From Candidatus Sulfotelmatobacter sp. (GTDB lineage: Bacteria > Acidobacteriota > Terriglobia > Terriglobales > Acidobacteriaceae): DNA of 64,000 nucleotides. Location: NCBI GenBank assembly GCA_049512915.1, contig JBEKWP010000007.1:32197-96196 (forward strand), given 5' to 3'. Of the stretch, positions 9,451-17,328 are shown piece after piece. Below the pieces are notes generated by a model. The model was not told the DNA's origin, did no database searches, and saw only the letters and a list, made by a program, of their open reading frames with translations. The position numbers were made by a program, and so were the translations under genes. Position 1 is the first letter of the stretch; every line of letters begins with the position of its first letter.

Positions 9451-9480
9451 TTGACTGTCGGCCATCGCGTGCTATATAGC
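9451..9480 (+). promoter_or_regulatory. GCTATATAGC palindrome copy 4 (9471-9480) embedded in a candidate promoter of the TonB-dependent receptor
   Basis: TTGACT(9451-9456), N16, TATATA(9473-9478). It lies about 70 nt upstream of ATG 9547. Confidence 0.6.
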
Positions 9481-9546
9481 ATAGTTCGTTTGTATTAGAA
9501 GCTAGTTGGTAACCCGGTTGGTGAAGTGTTTTCAGGAGGCGCTGCG

Positions 9547-12500
9547 ATGACGAATTTGACGTACCGAAGGCGTGGGGACTTGGGACAAGCGGAACAGTGC
9601 GGAACCGTGCAGAGGCTGGCCTCATTCCTAGCCGTCTGCGTGGTCATCCTCGGCTTGTCAACCGCAGGGCTGGCACAAGAACTGGCGGCTACGCTTACCG
9701 GTACGGTGACGGACGCCAGCGGAGCCCTGGTGGCTGGCGCCACGGTCGCGGTTCACAACAATGAGACCGGCATAGACGTTCGCACAGTGACTACCACCAA
9801 TACGGGCAGCTTCAACATCACGAACCTCACCGCGGGCCGATATACGGTCACGGTCAAGGACGCCGGCTTTCAGACCTACGTGGCCAATGAAGTCGTTCTG
9901 AACGTCGCCGAAAAGCACACTCTCGATGTGCAATTGAAGACCGGGAAAACGACCGAAACCGTCGAAGTGACGGCAGAAAACACGGCCATCCAGACCACGA
10001 CAGCGGAGGAATCCGGCACCGTGACGGGAGACCAGATACGAGAGCTGGCGCTAAACAACCGAAACTTCGAACAGCTGGTGGTAATGGAGCCCGGAGTTGC
10101 CAACCAGTTAGGTGATGAACCAGGATTCGGACTGTCCAGCAACACCGCGATTGCGATCAATGGGGCGCGTATGGGCGCCAACAACTGGACGGTGGACGGC
10201 GCCGACATCAACGACAGCGGCTCCAACGGAACTCTGCTCAACACCCCCAGTATCGATGCCATCCAGGAGTTCACCCTGGAGCGCAGTAACTACGACGCGT
10301 CCTTCGGGCGCAGCGGCGGCGGCCAGGTCGTAGTCGCGACCAAACAGGGAACAAACCAATTTCATGGCACCGCTTACTGGTTCAATCGCAACAACTATTT
10401 CAACGCGAATACGTTTGAGAATAGGCAGTCTATCGCTGACTCTCCGTCCGGCTACATTTCCAATTCCGACAGTTACATTACCGGCCTTTCGCCCAACGGG
10501 ACTCCGATTGAGCGCTACAATGACTGGGGCTTTACCATCGGTGGCCCCATCGAAATTCCAAAGCTTTATACTCCGGGCAAGAACAAGACCTACTTCTTCT
10601 GGTCGGAAGAGTGGCGTCACTCAAGTCTTCCGGGAAGCACCGAAATCAACGTACCCACCGTGGGACAACTTGGTGGCGTGTTCACCACTCCCATTACCGT
10701 GGCGCCTGCTGGATGTGTAACAACGGCTGGGACAGGAGCGAACGAAACCTGGACGATCAGCCCCACTTGCTACAGCCAAAACGCCACTGCCTATTTAAAC
10801 GCGTTCATGGCACCCAATCCGCCCAATGTGGGTACCAACTTGTTGGATGAGAGTTACAGTGAGTTGAACAACTTCCGGCAGGACATCATCCGCCTCGACC
10901 AGAACGTTGGCGACAAGGTGCGCCTGTACGGCCGTTACATGCAGGACAGCGTGCCTGAGAACTTTCCTTTCGGGCTCTGGGGCACAGCGAACTACCCTGG
11001 GTCGGACGCGATCTCTCTGAACGCCCCAGGCCGTAACCTGGTGGCGAATGCTACCATGAGCATCTCGCCGAAAGTGGTGAACGAAGTCGAATTCGGCGAT
11101 TCCTGGGGAGCGATCAACGCCGCGTTGAGCGGCTTCGCCAACTCGCCATCCTTTACGAGCCAGCTCACCGGACTAACTGCCTACCAGGATCCATACGGAC
11201 GCGCTCCTAATGTCGAGTTTGCCAACTCGCAGTACACGGGCCTGGTCAACGGAAACGGCCCCTACTTCGAGAGAAACATCGATAAGAACATATTCGACAA
11301 TTTATCCATCCAGCACGGCAATCACACCCTCCGCCTAGGCGTCACCTCAATGTGGATGACCAAAACGGAGAACGCCACCAGCGGTGAGGCGACCTTCAAC
11401 TTCAGCAGCGCGGTTAACGGCCAGGATGCTTTCGCTAATTTCCTGCTGGGTCAGGCGGACAGTTACTCGCAGCCAAGCAAGGATACGGTTCCAGATCTTC
11501 ACTACACGAACTTCGAATTCTATGTGCAGGACGATTGGAAGGTGACGCCGCGCCTAACAGTGAATCTCGGTGTACGCTACAGTTACTTCCCATCGCCGAC
11601 CGATGCCAACCACACCCTGCTCAACTTCGATCCCGCCGTTTACAATGCGGCCAATGCTCCTACAATCGTCACCTCGCCGGGAGCCCCGAATGGAGACTTC
11701 GCGCCCGGTGGAAATGCGGCGATCTATGCCAACGGCTTGATCTTTCCAACCGGGCCGACTTGCTCGGCGGCCACCGCAATCGCACCATTGGCGACTTGCT
11801 CTCCTTACGGCGCCCGGGTGAACCCTAACTCGAACAACAACTGGGGCCCAAGGCTCGGCCTGGCGTACGATCCCTTCGGAAATGGCAAGTGGGCGATCCG
11901 CGCGGGATACGGCATTTTCTACGACCGCACGCTGAACGGCCTCTGGGAGCAAAATGCATTCGACGATCCTCCGTTGGTTCAGACGACGACCGTCACCAAC
12001 AATGGGACCTCAGGCCTGGATCTGTTCGACAACTATCAGGTCGGAGCGGCCCCACCTGCCCCCCTCGGTCCTAGCGGCCTGGTCACAAGCGGAGGGGGTT
12101 TCCCGGGTCAACAGCCGACCTTCAAAGTTCCCAGCTACCAGGACTACAACCTCTCAGTGCAACATGAAATCATGCCGAACACGGTAGCGGAAATCGCATA
12201 CGTAGGCACCAAAGGAACGCATCTGCTGGGCGACGTTGATTTCAATCAGCCTACAGTAGCGACGCGTGAAGCAAACCCCGGAGTGGGTATAAACGCCATC
12301 GCTCCATTTATCGGCTATGGGGCCATCACCTCGCGCGATCCCGTGTATACCAGCAACTACAATTCACTGCAGGCCACTCTGAATCGGCGACTCAGCCACG
12401 GGCTGACGCTTGGCGTCGCATACACTTGGTCCAAGCTGCTCGGCACCAATTACGAGGACCGAGGCAACGCGGCTTACGACACCTACAACTTGAAGGAAAA

Positions 12501-13119
12501 CTACGGGTTATCTAGCACGAACACGCCGCAGATGCTAGGCATCAACTACTACTACCAGGAGCCCTTCTTCAAGGAACAGCACGGTCTGGGATGGCTGCTC
12601 GGGGGATGGGAGCTGTCTGGCATTATCACCATCCAGTCTGGACAATCCCAGACCATAACGCAGAATAACGACCCGTGGGCGCTGGTTACGACAACCAACT
12701 CAACGCAGGCTTGCACGATCGGTGGCACAACGACGACTTGTCCGCTCTATCCCGGCGGCTTGGGTATCGGCCCCAGCACGATCTTCCCCCGCCCCAATCA
12801 ATCCGGCGATCCTCACGGTCCAAAAACCGTCAACGAGTACTTCAACACCGCGGCGTTTTCAGACGCGGTGGGAGAGTTCGGCAACTCCGCTCCCGGAGCA
12901 GTCTTGGGACCTGGCTTCGAGCGGTGGGACACGTCACTGTTCAAGAACATAAGGTTCGGCGAACGAGCCACCGCGCAGCTTCGGTTGGAAACTTTTAATA
13001 CATTCAACCACGGCAGTCCTAACTCGGTCGTTACAAACGTGGACTCCGGATCCTTTGGACAGGTCAACGGATATCACATCCCCCGCACCGTTCAACTGGG
13101 TTTTAAATTCAACTTCTGA
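9547..13119 (+). CDS. TonB-dependent outer-membrane receptor with N-terminal carboxypeptidase-regulatory-like domain
   Basis: AGGAGG sits 7 nt before ATG 9547, whereas the track start 9526 is a GTG. A signal peptide is present. The CarboxypepD_reg-like segment is LTGTVTDASGALVAGATVAVHNNETG. The long beta-barrel ends QLGFKFNF. Confidence 0.9.
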   Translation: MTNLTYRRRGDLGQAEQCGTVQRLASFLAVCVVILGLSTAGLAQELAATLTGTVTDASGALVAGATVAVHNNETGIDVRTVTTTNTGSFNITNLTAGRYTVTVKDAGFQTYVANEVVLNVAEKHTLDVQLKTGKTTETVEVTAENTAIQTTTAEESGTVTGDQIRELALNNRNFEQLVVMEPGVANQLGDEPGFGLSSNTAIAINGARMGANNWTVDGADINDSGSNGTLLNTPSIDAIQEFTLERSNYDASFGRSGGGQVVVATKQGTNQFHGTAYWFNRNNYFNANTFENRQSIADSPSGYISNSDSYITGLSPNGTPIERYNDWGFTIGGPIEIPKLYTPGKNKTYFFWSEEWRHSSLPGSTEINVPTVGQLGGVFTTPITVAPAGCVTTAGTGANETWTISPTCYSQNATAYLNAFMAPNPPNVGTNLLDESYSELNNFRQDIIRLDQNVGDKVRLYGRYMQDSVPENFPFGLWGTANYPGSDAISLNAPGRNLVANATMSISPKVVNEVEFGDSWGAINAALSGFANSPSFTSQLTGLTAYQDPYGRAPNVEFANSQYTGLVNGNGPYFERNIDKNIFDNLSIQHGNHTLRLGVTSMWMTKTENATSGEATFNFSSAVNGQDAFANFLLGQADSYSQPSKDTVPDLHYTNFEFYVQDDWKVTPRLTVNLGVRYSYFPSPTDANHTLLNFDPAVYNAANAPTIVTSPGAPNGDFAPGGNAAIYANGLIFPTGPTCSAATAIAPLATCSPYGARVNPNSNNNWGPRLGLAYDPFGNGKWAIRAGYGIFYDRTLNGLWEQNAFDDPPLVQTTTVTNNGTSGLDLFDNYQVGAAPPAPLGPSGLVTSGGGFPGQQPTFKVPSYQDYNLSVQHEIMPNTVAEIAYVGTKGTHLLGDVDFNQPTVATREANPGVGINAIAPFIGYGAITSRDPVYTSNYNSLQATLNRRLSHGLTLGVAYTWSKLLGTNYEDRGNAAYDTYNLKENYGLSSTNTPQMLGINYYYQEPFFKEQHGLGWLLGGWELSGIITIQSGQSQTITQNNDPWALVTTTNSTQACTIGGTTTTCPLYPGGLGIGPSTIFPRPNQSGDPHGPKTVNEYFNTAAFSDAVGEFGNSAPGAVLGPGFERWDTSLFKNIRFGERATAQLRLETFNTFNHGSPNSVVTNVDSGSFGQVNGYHIPRTVQLGFKFNF

Positions 13120-13136
13120 TGATCCCATAGCAGCCT

Positions 13137-13176
13137 ACACAAGGCGCACGCTTTCGGCGTGCGCCTTGTGTTTTTC
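13137..13176. terminator. strong intrinsic terminator between convergent TBDT and TPR genes
   Basis: 15-bp perfect stem ACACAAGGCGCACGC(13137-13151)/GCGTGCGCCTTGTGT(13157-13171) with loop TTTCG, followed by TTTTT. Confidence 0.85.
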
Positions 13177-13218
13177 CCTGACCTGCTACTCCAGTACTAA
13201 TTACTCTCCTTCGCAGCT

Positions 13219-14403
13219 TCACTGGCTCCCGTTCCTCTTTATAGCCGCAGCTCTTCCCTTCTCCTGGATCGCGAGCGCAATCTTTTGTTCGTTCGCCGCT
13301 TCGGCAGTCTGGCCTAGCTGCCGCAACACTGTGCCGAGAACAAAGTGGGCCTCGAAGTAGTCAGGATTGATCTGGATAGCCTTGCGAAGGGGCTCAAGCG
13401 CCGCGCGGGGATGTTGCAGCGCCAGCTCCGCCTTGCCTAGTCCGAACAGAGCTTCTGAGTAGCGCGGATTCACCGCCAGAGCAGCCCGAAAATGAGGCTC
13501 GGCCTCTGCGGGCAGCGATTTATCCAGAAGGATCTGGCCAAGAATGCAGTTCGAGACCGGATCGCTGGGAAAGCGCTGCAACTCTGCCCGGTACTCCTTC
13601 TCGGCAAGATCGTTCTCGCCTTCTCGCCAATACTCGAATCCCAGGCCGGAATGGACCCCCATGAAGTTCGGGTCGGCGGCTTCGGCCGCTTGATATTCTT
13701 TGATGGCGTCCGGTCGATTCCCCATCTGATCGTAGGCCGTGCCCATCATGATGTGAGCGGATGCCGAATTTGGGTTCACCTGCATGATTCGAGCGAACAC
13801 GCTCGTGAGCGCCTTGTAGTCCTTTATGCGCAGATATGCCTTGCCCAGCATGTCGAGCGTCTCCAGATCGGATGGCTGGGACTGGTTCGCGCGTTCCAGA
13901 TAGCTGGCGGCCTCTGGATAACGATCGAGGGCAAACAGGGACAGGCCGGCCAGGTCGAGAATCTGAAAGTCGGTTGGATACGCCACAGATAACGGTCGAA
14001 GCAGGCGCCATGCTGGCGCGTACTGCTGGGCTTTGAAATACGCGATCGCGAGGTTGCGCTTTGTCGAAGGGTCGTCCGGGTGAATTTTCAGCGCTTCTTC
14101 ATACAGCGGGATCGCCTCGGCAGGTCTGCCCATCCGGGCCAGCACAATTCCCAAATTGTTTAGCGCGGCGAGTGAATGCGGATCAATCTTCAATGCGCTT
14201 CGCAGAGCTTTTTCCGCAGCCGCGTTGTCGCCTTTGTGCATCGCTTCCGCGGCCTGTTGGAGGTCGGTGTGCAGCTGTATTTCCTCGGCGGTCGGAGGTG
14301 ACGCGTTGCGCGGCATCTGCGTCTGAGCCGTCGCAGTGTGCACAATCAGCAGGCAGATTGCGCAGACTCTCGCGATCAGCCGGGCGCGCATTTGCATTCG
14401 CAT
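13219..14403 (-). CDS. tetratricopeptide-repeat protein (secreted)
   Basis: Signal peptide ARVCAICLLIVHTATAQ is followed by repeated TPR-like A..Y......P....A..NLG units. Confidence 0.8.
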   Translation of the reverse strand: MRMQMRARLIARVCAICLLIVHTATAQTQMPRNASPPTAEEIQLHTDLQQAAEAMHKGDNAAAEKALRSALKIDPHSLAALNNLGIVLARMGRPAEAIPLYEEALKIHPDDPSTKRNLAIAYFKAQQYAPAWRLLRPLSVAYPTDFQILDLAGLSLFALDRYPEAASYLERANQSQPSDLETLDMLGKAYLRIKDYKALTSVFARIMQVNPNSASAHIMMGTAYDQMGNRPDAIKEYQAAEAADPNFMGVHSGLGFEYWREGENDLAEKEYRAELQRFPSDPVSNCILGQILLDKSLPAEAEPHFRAALAVNPRYSEALFGLGKAELALQHPRAALEPLRKAIQINPDYFEAHFVLGTVLRQLGQTAEAANEQKIALAIQEKGRAAAIKRNGSQ

Positions 14404-14479
14404 ACGCCAAATTCTAACCCAGGGGTCGACTGAGCTTCAGCAGCTACTTCTCCACGCCCTGTATAATCGACCTCTGCCT

Positions 14480-16279
14480 ATGCGAGCACTGCTTTCCGTG
14501 TGGAAACTTTCCCTGATGGGATGGCTACTGACTGGGATGCTGCTCGCACAGTCTTCTGTGGCCAAGCCTTCAGTAAGTTCATCGTTACCCAAAACGCAGA
14601 ATGTCGGCGAACAGCTCGTCCCGCAGTTCGAAGATGTCGCGCAGAAAGCGGGGCTGACGGTGCCCCACATTTCTTCTCCGGACAAGAAGTACATCGTCGA
14701 ATCCATGAGCGGCGGCGTAGGACTGATCGACTGCGATAACGACGGCAAGCTCGATATCATCACCGTCAACGGCTCCACGGTAGAGCGCTACCGGCACGGC
14801 GGCGACCCGATGATTACCCTCTACCACCAGGACACTGACTCGAAGAACACCGACTCGAAGAATAACGAAATTCATTTCACCGATATCACCGAATCCGCCG
14901 GCCTCACGCATAAGGGCTGGGGCATGGGCGTGGCCGTGGCTGATTACGACAACGACGGCCTGCAGGATATTTACGTCACCGGCTACGGCGGCAACGCGCT
15001 CTATCACAACCTGGGCAACTGCAAGTTCGAAGATGTAACTGAAAAAGCCGGCGTGGGCGCTGGCGGCTTCAGTACGGGCGCCGCTTGGGCCGATTACGAC
15101 CGGGATGGCCGCGTGGATCTCTTTGTCTCACGTTACGTGCACGTGGATATAGATAACCTGCCGCAGTTCGGCAACGATCCGCGCTTCTGTCGCTACAAGG
15201 GAGTGTTGGTGCAGTGCGGCCCGTGGGGCATGCTCGGCGAATCGGATTTGCTGTTCCATAACAAGGGTGACGGCACATTCGAAGAGGTGTCAAAGAAGGC
15301 GGGCGTGGATGATCCCCACCATTATTACGGCTTAGGTGCGACCTGGGGCGATTATGACAACGACGGGTGGCCTGATCTTTATGTGGCCAACGACGCCGGG
15401 CCGAACTTTCTGTATCACAACAAGCACGATGGAACGTTTGAGGAAGTCGGACTGCTGGATGGAGTCGCCCTCAGTGGTGACGGCATGGAACAAGGGTCGA
15501 TGGGCGTCGACTGGGGCGACTATCTGCACGAGGGCCGACTGTCGATGATCGTCACTAACTTCTTCGAGCAAGGCTCGACTCTGTACCACAACCTCGGCAA
15601 GGACAATTTCGCCGACGTCACCGTGCGCTCCGGACTGATGAGACCAACTTATCCTTACGTGAGCTGGGGCACGGCGTTTTTTGATATGGATAACGACGGT
15701 TGGCTCGACTTGTTTATCGCCAACGGCCACGTCTACCCCCAGGTCGACACGATTCCGGGAGGGACGCCGTACCGGCAACCGATGCTGCTGTTTCGCAACC
15801 ATCGCGATGGAACTTTCGAAGACGTTTCCCAGACGCTGGCGAACATGCCTCCGCAATCGAGGCGGGGCGCGGCTTTTGGAGACATCAACAACGATGGCAA
15901 TGTCGACATTGTGGTGCTCAACGTGGGCCAGCCGCCATCGCTCCTGATGAATCATAACGCCAGCCCGAATCACCGGGTATTGTTTAAGCTGGTGGGAACG
16001 AAGAGCAACAAGGCTGCGATTGGTGCGCGTGTGACAGTGAAGGCCGGAACGCTGGTGCAGTTCGGTGAAGTGCGGGGTGGGGCCAGCTACCTCTCGCAAA
16101 ATGACTTGCGATTGCATTTCGGTTTGGCGGCAAACGAAAAGATGAGTGAAGTCAGCATTCGCTGGCCGAACGGCGAGAGTGAAGTTCTGCGGGACGTCGC
16201 CGCAGATTTCATTTACACCGTTGTCGAGGGCTCAGGGATTCAGCAGAAAGTGGCACTTCCACCTTTGCCGCAGCGTTGA
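14480..16279 (+). CDS. CRTAC1 family protein (FG-GAP/VCBS repeats plus ASPIC/UnbV C-terminal domain)
   Basis: Repeated DYDNDG/DxDNDGxxD FG-GAP calcium motifs (DCDNDGKLDI, DYDNDGLQDI, DYDRDGRVDL, DYDNDGWPDL, DMDNDGWLDL, DINNDGNVDI). UnbV-like tail GGASYLSQNDLRLHFGL. The start was set to ATG 14480 (MRALLSVWKLSLMGWLL) because the track start overlaps the divergent TPR gene. Confidence 0.85.
   Translation: MRALLSVWKLSLMGWLLTGMLLAQSSVAKPSVSSSLPKTQNVGEQLVPQFEDVAQKAGLTVPHISSPDKKYIVESMSGGVGLIDCDNDGKLDIITVNGSTVERYRHGGDPMITLYHQDTDSKNTDSKNNEIHFTDITESAGLTHKGWGMGVAVADYDNDGLQDIYVTGYGGNALYHNLGNCKFEDVTEKAGVGAGGFSTGAAWADYDRDGRVDLFVSRYVHVDIDNLPQFGNDPRFCRYKGVLVQCGPWGMLGESDLLFHNKGDGTFEEVSKKAGVDDPHHYYGLGATWGDYDNDGWPDLYVANDAGPNFLYHNKHDGTFEEVGLLDGVALSGDGMEQGSMGVDWGDYLHEGRLSMIVTNFFEQGSTLYHNLGKDNFADVTVRSGLMRPTYPYVSWGTAFFDMDNDGWLDLFIANGHVYPQVDTIPGGTPYRQPMLLFRNHRDGTFEDVSQTLANMPPQSRRGAAFGDINNDGNVDIVVLNVGQPPSLLMNHNASPNHRVLFKLVGTKSNKAAIGARVTVKAGTLVQFGEVRGGASYLSQNDLRLHFGLAANEKMSEVSIRWPNGESEVLRDVAADFIYTVVEGSGIQQKVALPPLPQR
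14834..14863 (+). repeat. in-frame 15-bp tandem duplication (ACTGACTCGAAGAAC / ACCGACTCGAAGAAT) inside the CRTAC1 gene
   Basis: Encodes DTDSKNTDSKNN. The two units differ at 2 of 15 positions. Confidence 0.8.
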
Positions 16280-16318
16280 GACAATCTATGGTCGGCGGTT
16301 GGGAAGGAGACAGCACAG

Positions 16319-17218
16319 ATGAGCCGATGGTTGCGCAGTACTCGTTTTGGGGTGTTTCTCTTCGTGGCTGTTTTCACACTGGCGGGTCAGCAGCTATCTC
16401 AGACTGGCAGCGCGGTTCCGCGTGGCGCGCTCGAACTTACCTCCGGCCTTGGGCGCAAGCTCTACTCGCTGCCGGATGACGAGAGCGTTACCGCTGCTCG
16501 CAAGAATTTCGCAGCTGATCCGAAGAATGTCGAGAAGGTTTTGCAGCTTTCTAAAGCGCAGGCGGGGCGGAGGCAGTATAAAGAAGCCGTGGCCACCTCG
16601 ACCGAGGGATTGGCTTTTGCTCCCAAGAATGCGGACCTTTATCTAGAGCGGGGCCACCGTGAACTCGGACTGCGGGAATTCAAAGCTGCCATGAATGATC
16701 TGGAGCAGGCAACGCGGCTCGCCCCGGAGATGCTCGATGCTTTTTATCACCTCGGGCTGGCGCACTATTTCCTGGGCGAATTCGATGAGGCAGCAGCATC
16801 GTTTGACAAAGCGCGAGCGTTGGCGAAGAACAATGACAGCCTGATCGATTGCTCAAACTGGCTCTATGTTTCGCTGCGGCGCGCGGGCAGGGAGCAAGAT
16901 GCGGCTCAGGTCTTAACGCGCATCACGCCCGAGGTTAAGAACACCGAACCCCACCTCTATTTCTATCTGCGTCTTTTGCATTTCTATCAGGCGCAGCTTA
17001 CGGCTGAAGCTGTCTTGCCCCCTCCGCCTGCGGGACCGGAGGACCTCGAGGGCGAACTGGCCTTCGACACGGTGGGCTACGGCGTCGGGAACTGGCATCT
17101 CTATCATCACGATCCCTCCGAGGCGGTTGGTCTGTTCCGGAACGTAGTGAAGGGCGAGGCGTGGAACTCTTGGGGATTCATCGGTTCGGAAATGGAGCTC
17201 ATCCGCGGGCAGAAGTAG
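16319..17218 (+). CDS. tetratricopeptide-repeat protein (secreted)
   Basis: Signal peptide FGVFLFVAVFTLAGQQ. TPR-like helices (AVATSTEGLAFAPKNADLYLERG, AMNDLEQATRLAPEMLDAFYHLG). Confidence 0.75.
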   Translation: MSRWLRSTRFGVFLFVAVFTLAGQQLSQTGSAVPRGALELTSGLGRKLYSLPDDESVTAARKNFAADPKNVEKVLQLSKAQAGRRQYKEAVATSTEGLAFAPKNADLYLERGHRELGLREFKAAMNDLEQATRLAPEMLDAFYHLGLAHYFLGEFDEAAASFDKARALAKNNDSLIDCSNWLYVSLRRAGREQDAAQVLTRITPEVKNTEPHLYFYLRLLHFYQAQLTAEAVLPPPPAGPEDLEGELAFDTVGYGVGNWHLYHHDPSEAVGLFRNVVKGEAWNSWGFIGSEMELIRGQK

Positions 17219-17328
17219 CGCCACCAAGCGTACCTGCTCTGTCTCAGGCCTGATAAAGCACCATTGTCATGAAGCCGAAGTCCATGTGCGATTGCTGATA
17301 GCAGTGAACTCCCTTCCTCCTCCGCCGA

